20,000 bases of DNA, taken from the sequence record SRR31156797_335; one strand, given 5' to 3'. Each line of letters begins with the position of its first letter. The first letter of the stretch is position 1. The notes beneath the pieces were generated by a model. That model saw only the letters and a list, made by a program, of their open reading frames with translations, had not been told where the DNA came from and made no database searches. Shown in pieces: positions 8,818 through 17,151 of this stretch. The translations under genes were made by a program, and so were the position numbers.

Positions 8818-10041
8818 TTAATTATTTATTATTATTGATTTCAATTCATATACATGGTAATGTCCAAATGCCCCTTCTTTATCTTCAATAATTCGGGCAT
8901 AAACACCTGGTTTTTCATTTATCATCCAAAGCTTATAGCGTTCCTCCGAAGTTCCAGTAGATTCAACAATTGTGCATTGGTAAGTTCCAGGTGGAATCGT
9001 TATCTCTTCCTCTCCAACAACTCTAAAAGAATTCTCTTTTAAAGGAAAAAATTGATTACCATAACTCATATCAAGATTGTTAGGTGGTAATGCAGTATCT
9101 TCTGGCAAATTATATCTATCGTATCCGTGAAAAATATAATCAACACTTAAACTTGGATTTTCTTTGTTGGCATTTACATCGGCAAGCAATTGTTTCGTTT
9201 CAAAAACCTCGGTATCCTCAACTAAACTTGAAAAACTATATTCCAATTGTCTTGTATTTATAAAAGACATCATCATTTCGATTGGATCGCTCCAAGGTAG
9301 TTTTCCTTCTTCACCATCATATTTATAATCTCCATTTTCAGTAAAGAAATCAGCTTCGGTATAGGATAATCTTTCAATCTTATTCGAATTTTTGATTCCC
9401 TTTTTAAGTGCGATTAAACTGCCCTTATTCTCCAATTTAATTTCGCTCTTATTCATTTTAAACAGATTACTTTTTCCACCAATTCCTTCAATTCTATCAA
9501 GCACATAAAGAGCATTCTCCTCTTTTTTAAATATCCATTCGCCACTATTTCTACTCTCCATACCAGAATCTTTTTCGATAATGGTAAACTGATTTGGCAA
9601 GTCAAATGTGATCCATCTCAAAATATCAGGATTCATTTCATTTGGGATCTCCCAAGTTCCTATAAAACCAGATTCTACATTCTGCTGCATAATCTCATCC
9701 ATATTTAGCTTCAAGAAGGACCATTTTTGGTCTTCTTTTTCAAATACCAACTGATTTTTATTTAAAGTGATAATTCGACATTCTCCTCTGAAATCCTTAT
9801 CCATTTCTGATTTCATCATTAATTGATTGGTATTAGAATTGTGTTTCCATGATCCAACATTTACTTCTCTGGTAACTATTGTTCCATCTTTTTCAAAATT
9901 TAGAATGAAAAATGGTTCATGAACTTTATCTCCTACCTCAATTTTTTCCACCAACCAGCGTCCGTCAATCTTAGTTTCCTGAGCCTTATTTACACTAATA
10001 AAAGCCAGTACTGTGATCAATACTAATATTGCTTTTTTCAT
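8818..10041 (-). CDS. Secreted protein with two lipocalin-like repeats and a C-terminal DUF3108-like domain
   Basis: Signal peptide ...NKA|Q; repeats IDGRW...F..DG...GSW and FIGTW...F...NQF...GEW; C-terminal VVGEEEITIPPGTYQC...YKLW motif. Confidence 0.65.
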   Translation of the reverse strand: MKKAILVLITVLAFISVNKAQETKIDGRWLVEKIEVGDKVHEPFFILNFEKDGTIVTREVNVGSWKHNSNTNQLMMKSEMDKDFRGECRIITLNKNQLVFEKEDQKWSFLKLNMDEIMQQNVESGFIGTWEIPNEMNPDILRWITFDLPNQFTIIEKDSGMESRNSGEWIFKKEENALYVLDRIEGIGGKSNLFKMNKSEIKLENKGSLIALKKGIKNSNKIERLSYTEADFFTENGDYKYDGEEGKLPWSDPIEMMMSFINTRQLEYSFSSLVEDTEVFETKQLLADVNANKENPSLSVDYIFHGYDRYNLPEDTALPPNNLDMSYGNQFFPLKENSFRVVGEEEITIPPGTYQCTIVESTGTSEERYKLWMINEKPGVYARIIEDKEGAFGHYHVYELKSIIINN

Positions 10042-10052
10042 TTTTTTTAAAT

Positions 10053-10664
10053 TTAATTTGTTCTACCTAAGGTCTTCATCAAATCAGTATAGGCAGCTTT
10101 TATTTCCTTTTCGCTAGCATTAGATTTCTTCAACTTAGCCCTTTTCTTAAACTCATCATAAGAGATTACATCGGGTTGTAGATTCATTTTCTTTGCCTCC
10201 TGTTCTGCTGCCTTCATCATTTTTTCTATTTCAGGCATTGCATCTTGAAACTGTTCTTCTGCTTTCTTGATCTCTTTATTCAGCATGCTCTCTTCCGATG
10301 AATTTGAATGCGGTAAAGTATCATTCCCAATAGCTTTATCTGCTTTGATATAGGCATTGATAAATTGAAAAGCATCTTCTTTTGTTAAACCACTTTTGTC
10401 ATTTTCAATCTCCTCTAACACTCCCATTTCTTTTAGTAAAAGATCAAAATCATATTGATTAGGTGCATTCGAGCTATCTTTCACCTCATATTTTAAGAAA
10501 AAGTCAATTAATGGTTTAGCCGTATCAATTGATTTTTTATTTGTTTTCATATAAGTTTTCATCATCGCATCGAATTTCTCTTTCTTATTTGTCTCTGCAC
10601 TCTCTTGAGCTATAATAAATGAGATCGACAAAAAGAAAAACACTACCGTAAGTACTTGTTTCAT
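10053..10664 (-). CDS. Secreted helical protein of unknown function
   Basis: 203-aa ORF, signal peptide ...IIA|Q, K/E-rich helical composition, tightly packed in the cluster. Confidence 0.75.
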   Translation of the reverse strand: MKQVLTVVFFFLSISFIIAQESAETNKKEKFDAMMKTYMKTNKKSIDTAKPLIDFFLKYEVKDSSNAPNQYDFDLLLKEMGVLEEIENDKSGLTKEDAFQFINAYIKADKAIGNDTLPHSNSSEESMLNKEIKKAEEQFQDAMPEIEKMMKAAEQEAKKMNLQPDVISYDEFKKRAKLKKSNASEKEIKAAYTDLMKTLGRTN

Positions 10665-10717
10665 TGCGCTATTTTAAAAAAAACAGAAAATATAAACGGA
10701 TTATTACTTAATGATAT

Positions 10718-12442
10718 TTATTGATGCTTTCGGATTGCAATATTCTCTCCTCCTAAAGCAAATGAAGAATTTGTTTTGCTTCCTCTTTTCAAAATAAAAT
10801 CCTGATCATCTCGAGAAACATCTGATGCATTTCCTTTATCCAAATCAAAAGCAAATGTTCCTTCAATTTCAAAATGCTCAGATTCACTAACAGTCTCGCC
10901 AGACTGATTGTAGGTAGCATATCTAATCGTAAGCTTGTAGTTGTTATCTTTATCTACATCAAGAATTTCCATTTTCCCTAGATTTTTTTCAGATGTAAAG
11001 AATAAGAATACAGTTCCTTTGCCATTTACAATTCCATTAGGTCCAGATATTGGCGTGTAGAATTCATCCGATAATTTATCGAACTCTTTATCAATATTGC
11101 TTGCAATTATTCTATCGTAAACAGAATTTTCTCCATTACCGGATGCATTTGAAGAAGCTGTGTTTCCTTCTGTTTTCACAAACTCCACTCTTCGGTTGTT
11201 AGCTTTCCCTTCAGGAGTACTATTATTGTCTAAAGGCTTACTTTCACCAAAACCTGCATAACTTAGCCTGCTCGAAGAGATTCCCATTTGAATCAATTTC
11301 TCCATGACAACCTTAGCTCTAGATTCAGACAATCTTTTATTTGATGTATCATCACCATCACTATCGGTATGACCTTCCACACTAAAGTTCAAATTGGGTT
11401 GTTTCTTCAGTAGCTGATAAATTTTGTTAATTGGACCCATTGACTCCGGCTTTAAACTTGCTTTGTTAACATCGAAACGAATGCCGTTGCAAATAATCTT
11501 GCCATCCTGTAGTACTCGGTCGTAATACTTTACACCACCTTTTGCTATACGCACATTTTTCACGTAAAAAGGCTTATCTGCAGCTAACTCCGCCCAGTAA
11601 GCTTGCAAACAAATTCCTGTAGGATTAGCTTCGTAATGTGGAATATTAATCAATCGCACATCGTCCATATACACTTTCAATTTTCCTTTTGTATATGCAA
11701 TTGAAATGTGAAGCCAGCGTCCTTTCTTATTCCATGTATGATCCAAATCAGGATGTTCCCCTTTAACATCACTATTGTCAACAGATACATGTTTATAACC
11801 TATTTCTATTTCCTGACCACTATTTTTCTGATTTTTCATATCATACAGATACACTGTAAATCTATTTCCATTTGCAGGTCGGTATAAATCAAATTCTACT
11901 GTAAACACTTCGGGTAGATAATCCTCTTTGGAATTTTTTAGATAGGGAATTATTGCTGGGTTTCCGTCAATAAACATCATTACATTTTCTCCATCAACAT
12001 TGGCAATTTCAATTTGTCCTTTTGCCAAATCCCAACGACTAGGAAACTCCCCATTCTCCTCCATAATATTCGGACCATCTTCAAAAATCACAACATCACC
12101 AGGTACAAAATCAAAACGGCTCCAAACTACATTTGGCTTCTTCTTTTCAAATTCGGTAGAATTATTTGTATCAGTACTTGATTCCGATGATTGATTTGAA
12201 GTCTCTGCAACTTGATCAGTCGAATTAGTCTTATTTTTTTTCTTCTTCTTTTTCTTTTTACCAAATAATCTTCCAATGCCTTCTTCCAGTTTATCTAAAC
12301 CTTTATCTACACCTTGTTCAATTTTAGTATTGGTACGTTTGGTTCCTTGCTTTTTTGCAACTTTTTTAGGGTCTACCACCTGCGCATTCACAAGTGCAAA
12401 TCCAAGTGTAAGTAATACTGTTACGATTAGTAGTTTTTTCAT
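10718..12442 (-). CDS. OmpA-family (peptidoglycan-binding OmpA_C) multidomain exported protein
   Basis: IRFDVNKASLKPES...VEGHTDSDG...NKRLSESRA...GFGESKP...NRRVEF; signal peptide ...VNA|Q; N-terminal FDFVPG...GEFPSRW beta-rich domain; about 150-aa C-terminal extension. Confidence 0.92.
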   Translation of the reverse strand: MKKLLIVTVLLTLGFALVNAQVVDPKKVAKKQGTKRTNTKIEQGVDKGLDKLEEGIGRLFGKKKKKKKKNKTNSTDQVAETSNQSSESSTDTNNSTEFEKKKPNVVWSRFDFVPGDVVIFEDGPNIMEENGEFPSRWDLAKGQIEIANVDGENVMMFIDGNPAIIPYLKNSKEDYLPEVFTVEFDLYRPANGNRFTVYLYDMKNQKNSGQEIEIGYKHVSVDNSDVKGEHPDLDHTWNKKGRWLHISIAYTKGKLKVYMDDVRLINIPHYEANPTGICLQAYWAELAADKPFYVKNVRIAKGGVKYYDRVLQDGKIICNGIRFDVNKASLKPESMGPINKIYQLLKKQPNLNFSVEGHTDSDGDDTSNKRLSESRAKVVMEKLIQMGISSSRLSYAGFGESKPLDNNSTPEGKANNRRVEFVKTEGNTASSNASGNGENSVYDRIIASNIDKEFDKLSDEFYTPISGPNGIVNGKGTVFLFFTSEKNLGKMEILDVDKDNNYKLTIRYATYNQSGETVSESEHFEIEGTFAFDLDKGNASDVSRDDQDFILKRGSKTNSSFALGGENIAIRKHQ

Positions 12443-12472
12443 CTGTTTACAAATTGGTTACGATTTCTAAAA

Positions 12473-12536
12473 TAAATTTAGGTCGATATCCAATTTATAA
12501 ATAGTAACTATGTTCTTACAAGTACAACAAATGTTT
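12473..12536 (-). promoter_or_regulatory. Candidate promoter (-7 TAAATTTA) with adjacent 21-bp-spaced direct repeat (putative HTCS site)
   Basis: ATGTT at 12510 and 12531 (+ strand), just upstream of the expected -33 position of a 1-mismatch TAnnTTTG element at 12473-12480. Confidence 0.5.
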
Positions 12537-12743
12537 ATCTCACTTATTTACTGCATAATACAATTACAAAAATCAAATGATTCAAAAACTTAATAAGGAG
12601 AATAATACGATAAATCTATCGGTTATAACTGCATAAAAACCAACACGAAATAAACTTGTATTATCTATCTATCAGTTTATTGCAGGAATATTAATAAGAG
12701 AATTACAGAGAGTAAAAATTAATTTAACAGTTTAGCTATTGGT

Positions 12744-12776
12744 ACAAATGTTCCAAAATTTATCAATCATGTTCCA
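12744..12776. promoter_or_regulatory. Direct repeat ATGTTCCA x2 at 21-bp spacing (putative HTCS/AraC site)
   Basis: Exact 8-mers at 12748-12755 and 12769-12776. Confidence 0.55.
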
Positions 12777-12856
12777 TCCCTTTAAATTCAAGCATTACAG
12801 TATTGAATTAAATTGGATTTTAATTCCTTTGAAATAAAATTTTAGTTTAGAAACTT

Positions 12857-15721
12857 CTAATTTGAAAATTTCTTTACATACTCGGAAGGAGTACATCCAT
12901 GAATATCTTTAAAACACTTTGTAAAATACGATGTATCATTAAAGCCCGTGGTGTAGCAAACATCACTAATACTAACTTCGGATTGAAGTAAAATTTCCGA
13001 TGCCAGTTTTATTCTCTGTGTTCGTATAAACGCTGTAGCAGATAAACCTGTAAGAGCTTTTAATTTTCTATGCAATTGCGTTCGACTCATGGCTGTTGCC
13101 TCGCAAAACTGATCAACCGTAAAATTAGGGTTTGCAATGTGTTCTTCTAATACTTTCTGCAATGTGATAGCAAATTTTTCTTCTTCTGATTGCATTATCA
13201 GATTGAGAGGTTTCATCACCAATTCTTTCTGGAATTTAGCTTGTATAGCTTTTCGTGTAGCAATAAGTCGTTCAACTTTTACAATAAGCGATTGGGCATT
13301 AAAAGGTTTAATTATATAATCATCAGCACCCGATTTTAATCCCTCCAATTCATTATCGTCTCCCACTTTTGCAGTAAGTAATAAAATTGGGATGTGATTG
13401 GTTTTGATATCACTTTTCAATTTAGAACACAATTCTACTCCTCCAACCTTAGGCATCATTACATCCGAAATAATTAAATCAGGAATTGTCTGTAATGCAA
13501 TGGCTATACCTTCCTCGCCATCTGCCGCTTCTAAAATCTTATAACGCTTTTCAAAATAGGTTGCTATATATTTTCGCATATCAAGATTATCCTCGACAAT
13601 TAACAATACAGGTAAATCAACTTTATCCAAAGTTTCTCCTACATTCTTATTATTTGGTGATATCTTCTTTTTCTCTGCGTGTTTTAGATCCAAATTTAGA
13701 GGAATATCAACAATTTCATTCGACCTAAAATGTTCTTTAGATTGTGGAAGTTCCAATTCAAACTTTATAATTTTATCATCAGTACAAGAAACTTTTATCG
13801 ATGCACGATATAAAGAACACAGCTCTTTAACAAGAGATAATCCTATTCCGGTTCCCTGTACCTCATTCTCTCCTGCCCTGTAAAATCGATCAAAAATATG
13901 AGACAGCTCTTTTGAATTTAGATTGCAACCTGAATTGCTAACTTCAATCTTTACATGTTTATTTTGGAGTGCAGTTTTTAATTTGACCTGACCTCCTTCG
14001 GGAACAAATTTGAAAGCATTGGATAATAAATTACTTAAAACAATCTCCACAATATTATGATCGAACCATACTTGACCAGTTTCTGAAATTTCGATTTTAT
14101 AATCAATCTCCTTCTCGTGTGCCTGAAAATTAAAGGAATTAGAAATGCCTTTTAACAAGGTACTCAAATCTCCCTCTTGTGCCGAAACTGTAAAATGTCC
14201 GGCATCGATTTTCGAAATATTCAGTAATTGATCAACCAATGAAAGCAGCCTGTTGGAATTACGCAGAATCAATTCTAACTCTGTCCGCTGAATTTTATTT
14301 TTCGATCGGAACAACTGTTTCTCCAATGGACCTTTTATCAAAGTTAATGGTGTACGAAATTCATGTGAAATATTACTAAAGAACTTCGATTTCATTTGAT
14401 TGATATTCTTCAATTCTCTGGTTACGCGTTGTTTGGTTTGATATCTGAAATAGAAAAATGCTGCCAATCCTCCAAAAAGTAATATCAATACTCCAAACTG
14501 GTTTCGCTGCATTTTCTTCGATTCGCCAATCAATTGATTTCTCGTATTCAACAATTCAATTTGCTGTGTTTTTTTCTCCGATTGATACTTGAATTCCAAA
14601 TCATTTAATACCTGGGTACTTGCCGAATTGTATAGCGTATCAGTATAATTTTTTGTGAGCAACAAAGCATCACTCGCCTCCTTGTATTTTCCAGTTACAT
14701 AATAAATCTCGTATAAAGTTTGATTGCAAAGAATTAGATTATCTATTGAGTGAATATCTCTGGAGATTGCTCTTCCTTCCAACAAATTCTTTTCAGCTTC
14801 GCGATAACGCTTAAGTTTGGCACATGCCGTGCCATAATGAATTAGTATAGAACTCAAATATCGCTTATCCTTAATTTCTCGTTGAATTGCTAATGACTTT
14901 TCAAAATTGACGTAAGCTTCATTGTAATTATTCAAGGACATATCAACTTGTCCTAACAGCTGATAACATATTCCCTGACTCATTGGATACTCTCTCTGTT
15001 TAGCCAGGTCCAAACACTTAATGATGTAGTACTTTGCAGAATCAGGTTGATTCAAATACATATAAGCTTCACCTACATTTCCATAGCTTATCTCCAGATG
15101 AAAACTCTTTTTACTATCGATACCATATTTCATCGATTCCTTAAAATAGGAAAGAGCCTTTCCGTATTCTTTTTGCACCAGATAAATATTTCCTATGCCA
15201 TTTTCCGCAATTGCCTTGCCGTAATAATTGCCACTTTGTTCGGTTGTATTAATTGATGAAACGAAATAATGAATTGCCTCTTGGTTTAAATCTGTTTTTC
15301 TGCAAACAACACCCAACTCATTGTAAATTCTTCCCAATTGATAGTAATCATTCTTCCGTTGCGCAAAGGGCATTGCCTTCTTGTAGTAATATTTTGCCGA
15401 ATCATAAACATGCTGATATCTGTGATTTACTCCCAAACGATAATAAATTTCAGGCAAATTAATACTGTCATTTTCCTTCTCTATTTTGTTGCGTAACAGA
15501 TATAAATATTTTCCGTACTCTCCTTTAAATAGTTTTCTGTTTCGAACTACCAATTTTATTGCTCTTTCCGAATCATCAGAATTACTTTTATCAACAATAA
15601 GCTTGTTTATATCAATCTTTAAACTGTCCAGATTTTTATACTTTGGAACTTTCAAACTCTTTTGAGAAAAGGTGTTTCCGGCTAGAAACAATACAAAAAC
15701 CAACAAGATTAACTTTTTCAT
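12857..15721 (-). CDS. Hybrid two-component sensor kinase/response regulator (TPR sensor-TM-HisKA-HATPase-REC-AraC)
   Basis: Signal peptide from ATG 15721 (MKKLILL...TFS|Q); multiple TPR units; one TM; H-box SHEFRTPLTLI; NLLSNAFKF; IFDRFYR; GTGIGL; REC VEDN...SDVMMP...LTAK...KPF; AraC SRTQLHRKLK...GFNDTSYFTKCFK. Confidence 0.95.
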   Translation of the reverse strand: MKKLILLVFVLFLAGNTFSQKSLKVPKYKNLDSLKIDINKLIVDKSNSDDSERAIKLVVRNRKLFKGEYGKYLYLLRNKIEKENDSINLPEIYYRLGVNHRYQHVYDSAKYYYKKAMPFAQRKNDYYQLGRIYNELGVVCRKTDLNQEAIHYFVSSINTTEQSGNYYGKAIAENGIGNIYLVQKEYGKALSYFKESMKYGIDSKKSFHLEISYGNVGEAYMYLNQPDSAKYYIIKCLDLAKQREYPMSQGICYQLLGQVDMSLNNYNEAYVNFEKSLAIQREIKDKRYLSSILIHYGTACAKLKRYREAEKNLLEGRAISRDIHSIDNLILCNQTLYEIYYVTGKYKEASDALLLTKNYTDTLYNSASTQVLNDLEFKYQSEKKTQQIELLNTRNQLIGESKKMQRNQFGVLILLFGGLAAFFYFRYQTKQRVTRELKNINQMKSKFFSNISHEFRTPLTLIKGPLEKQLFRSKNKIQRTELELILRNSNRLLSLVDQLLNISKIDAGHFTVSAQEGDLSTLLKGISNSFNFQAHEKEIDYKIEISETGQVWFDHNIVEIVLSNLLSNAFKFVPEGGQVKLKTALQNKHVKIEVSNSGCNLNSKELSHIFDRFYRAGENEVQGTGIGLSLVKELCSLYRASIKVSCTDDKIIKFELELPQSKEHFRSNEIVDIPLNLDLKHAEKKKISPNNKNVGETLDKVDLPVLLIVEDNLDMRKYIATYFEKRYKILEAADGEEGIAIALQTIPDLIISDVMMPKVGGVELCSKLKSDIKTNHIPILLLTAKVGDDNELEGLKSGADDYIIKPFNAQSLIVKVERLIATRKAIQAKFQKELVMKPLNLIMQSEEEKFAITLQKVLEEHIANPNFTVDQFCEATAMSRTQLHRKLKALTGLSATAFIRTQRIKLASEILLQSEVSISDVCYTTGFNDTSYFTKCFKDIHGCTPSEYVKKFSN

Positions 15722-16013
15722 ATCGTTTAATAGAAGATTATATCGAGAGATTAATATCAAGTCAAATTATTTTAATTTGAAACCAATATTCAATCCTAAA
15801 CACCAGTTTCATCAAGCACATTAATAATTTAATAATAAACTAATTTAAGATAAGATAAAGCCTGTAGCAAATATTTTTTACGTTTAATACAAAATTTTAT
15901 ACGAATCATATAACGATCGAGTATTAATCACTATCAAACTGTGTTGAATTAATGTTTTGTTTAATTATAATTAATTTATCATTATCGAAAAACAGATATA
16001 GATTGAACACAGA

Positions 16014-16046
16014 TTTGGTGGCATAGAAAGATAATCGGTAACTTTA
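16014..16046 (+). promoter_or_regulatory. Bacteroidota sigma70 promoter for the SDR gene
   Basis: TTTG (16014-16017), 21-nt spacer, TAACTTTA (16039-16046, one mismatch to TAnnTTTG), about 70 nt before the ATG. Confidence 0.5.
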
Positions 16047-16115
16047 TAAGAATGGAGAATTGACAATCATTAAACTTCTCTCTTTATTTTTAATCCTCAC
16101 ATAAATACAATAGGC

Positions 16116-17033
16116 ATGAAAGTATTAATTACTGGTGGAGCTGGTTACATAGGAACTGAATTGTGCATAAAATTAAATCAGAACCCTGAGATTAATGAAA
16201 TTACAGTACTGGATAATCTAAGTCAGAACAACTATAATCTGTTTTTACACTCACAAATTAAACCAGGAAAAGTAAAATTTGTAAAAGGTGAACTACTTGA
16301 TTCTCGTACCCTTGATAAAATTGTAAAAAATGTAGATGTGGTGTACCATTTGGCTGCCGAAAATTCGGATAGTGATAAACTTCACCATTTGCATGAACAG
16401 GTAAACAATTGGGGAACTGCTGAACTCATTTATGCGATTGAAGAAAGTGATGTGAAACAGTTGGTTTATGTAAGTTCAACTTCGGTTTACGGATATTCCG
16501 ATCAGGAATTTGATGTTTTCACACTTCCTGAACCTAGCACTTCACTCGGAAGCTCGAAACTAAGAGGCGAACAACATGTGGAGCGCATTATGCCAAAAAT
16601 TAATACACAAATTATTCGTTTAGGGAATGTATTCGGATATGGAGTTAGTATGAAAATGAAAAGCATTGTGAACCGTTTGCAATTCGATTCTCATTTTGTG
16701 GGAAAAATTTCGATTCATGGTAGTGGAAATCAAAAACGCCCTTTTGTTTCTTTGGAAAAGACTTCAACAATTCTTGCCAATCTTATTGGTGGTAAATTAG
16801 ATTCGGGTGTGTACAATTTAGTAGATTATAACAAATCAATTATGGATTTAGTGGAAGTAATGCAATCTCAAAATCCAGATATGGAAATGATATTTACCAA
16901 CCAACACTTGGAATTACCTCAGCAAATGGTAAAAACAGATGGTAGAATTATGAAACTGTACGATGGCGAAAGGTTGAGCTTTGAAGAAGAATTAAATGCT
17001 CTTAAAAATCATTTCGAAACATCGAGTATATAA
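16116..17033 (+). CDS. NAD-dependent epimerase/dehydratase family protein (extended SDR), catalytic Tyr absent
   Basis: TGGAGYIG, LDNLS, VYHLAA, VSSTSVYG, IRLGNVFG, GSGNQKRPFV; the YxxxK position reads LGSSK. Confidence 0.9.
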   Translation: MKVLITGGAGYIGTELCIKLNQNPEINEITVLDNLSQNNYNLFLHSQIKPGKVKFVKGELLDSRTLDKIVKNVDVVYHLAAENSDSDKLHHLHEQVNNWGTAELIYAIEESDVKQLVYVSSTSVYGYSDQEFDVFTLPEPSTSLGSSKLRGEQHVERIMPKINTQIIRLGNVFGYGVSMKMKSIVNRLQFDSHFVGKISIHGSGNQKRPFVSLEKTSTILANLIGGKLDSGVYNLVDYNKSIMDLVEVMQSQNPDMEMIFTNQHLELPQQMVKTDGRIMKLYDGERLSFEEELNALKNHFETSSI

Positions 17034-17051
17034 TATTAGTGATTGATTTTA

Positions 17052-17093
17052 TAGCAAAAAAGGATGATTCAAATGAATCATCCTTTTTTGCTA
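17052..17093. terminator. Bidirectional intrinsic terminator between convergent SDR and AI-2E genes
   Basis: Perfect 20-bp inverted repeat TAGCAAAAAAGGATGATTCA-aa-TGAATCATCCTTTTTTGCTA with A6/T6 tracts. Confidence 0.92.
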
Positions 17094-17151
17094 ATCAATA
17101 TTATTATTTTACTCTTTTGTAAAAAATTCAATTTAATAGAGTAGAATCTAA

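Noticed and set aside
12231-12260. Phase-variable homopolymer in the ompA gene
   Set aside because: The Lys run is encoded by mixed AAA/AAG codons; homopolymers of 8 nt or fewer are expected in this AT-rich DNA
5730-15721. Polysaccharide utilisation locus, prophage, mobile element or defence island
   Set aside because: No SusC/SusD, glycoside hydrolase, integrase, transposase, nuclease or phage genes; no flanking tRNA or direct repeats seen
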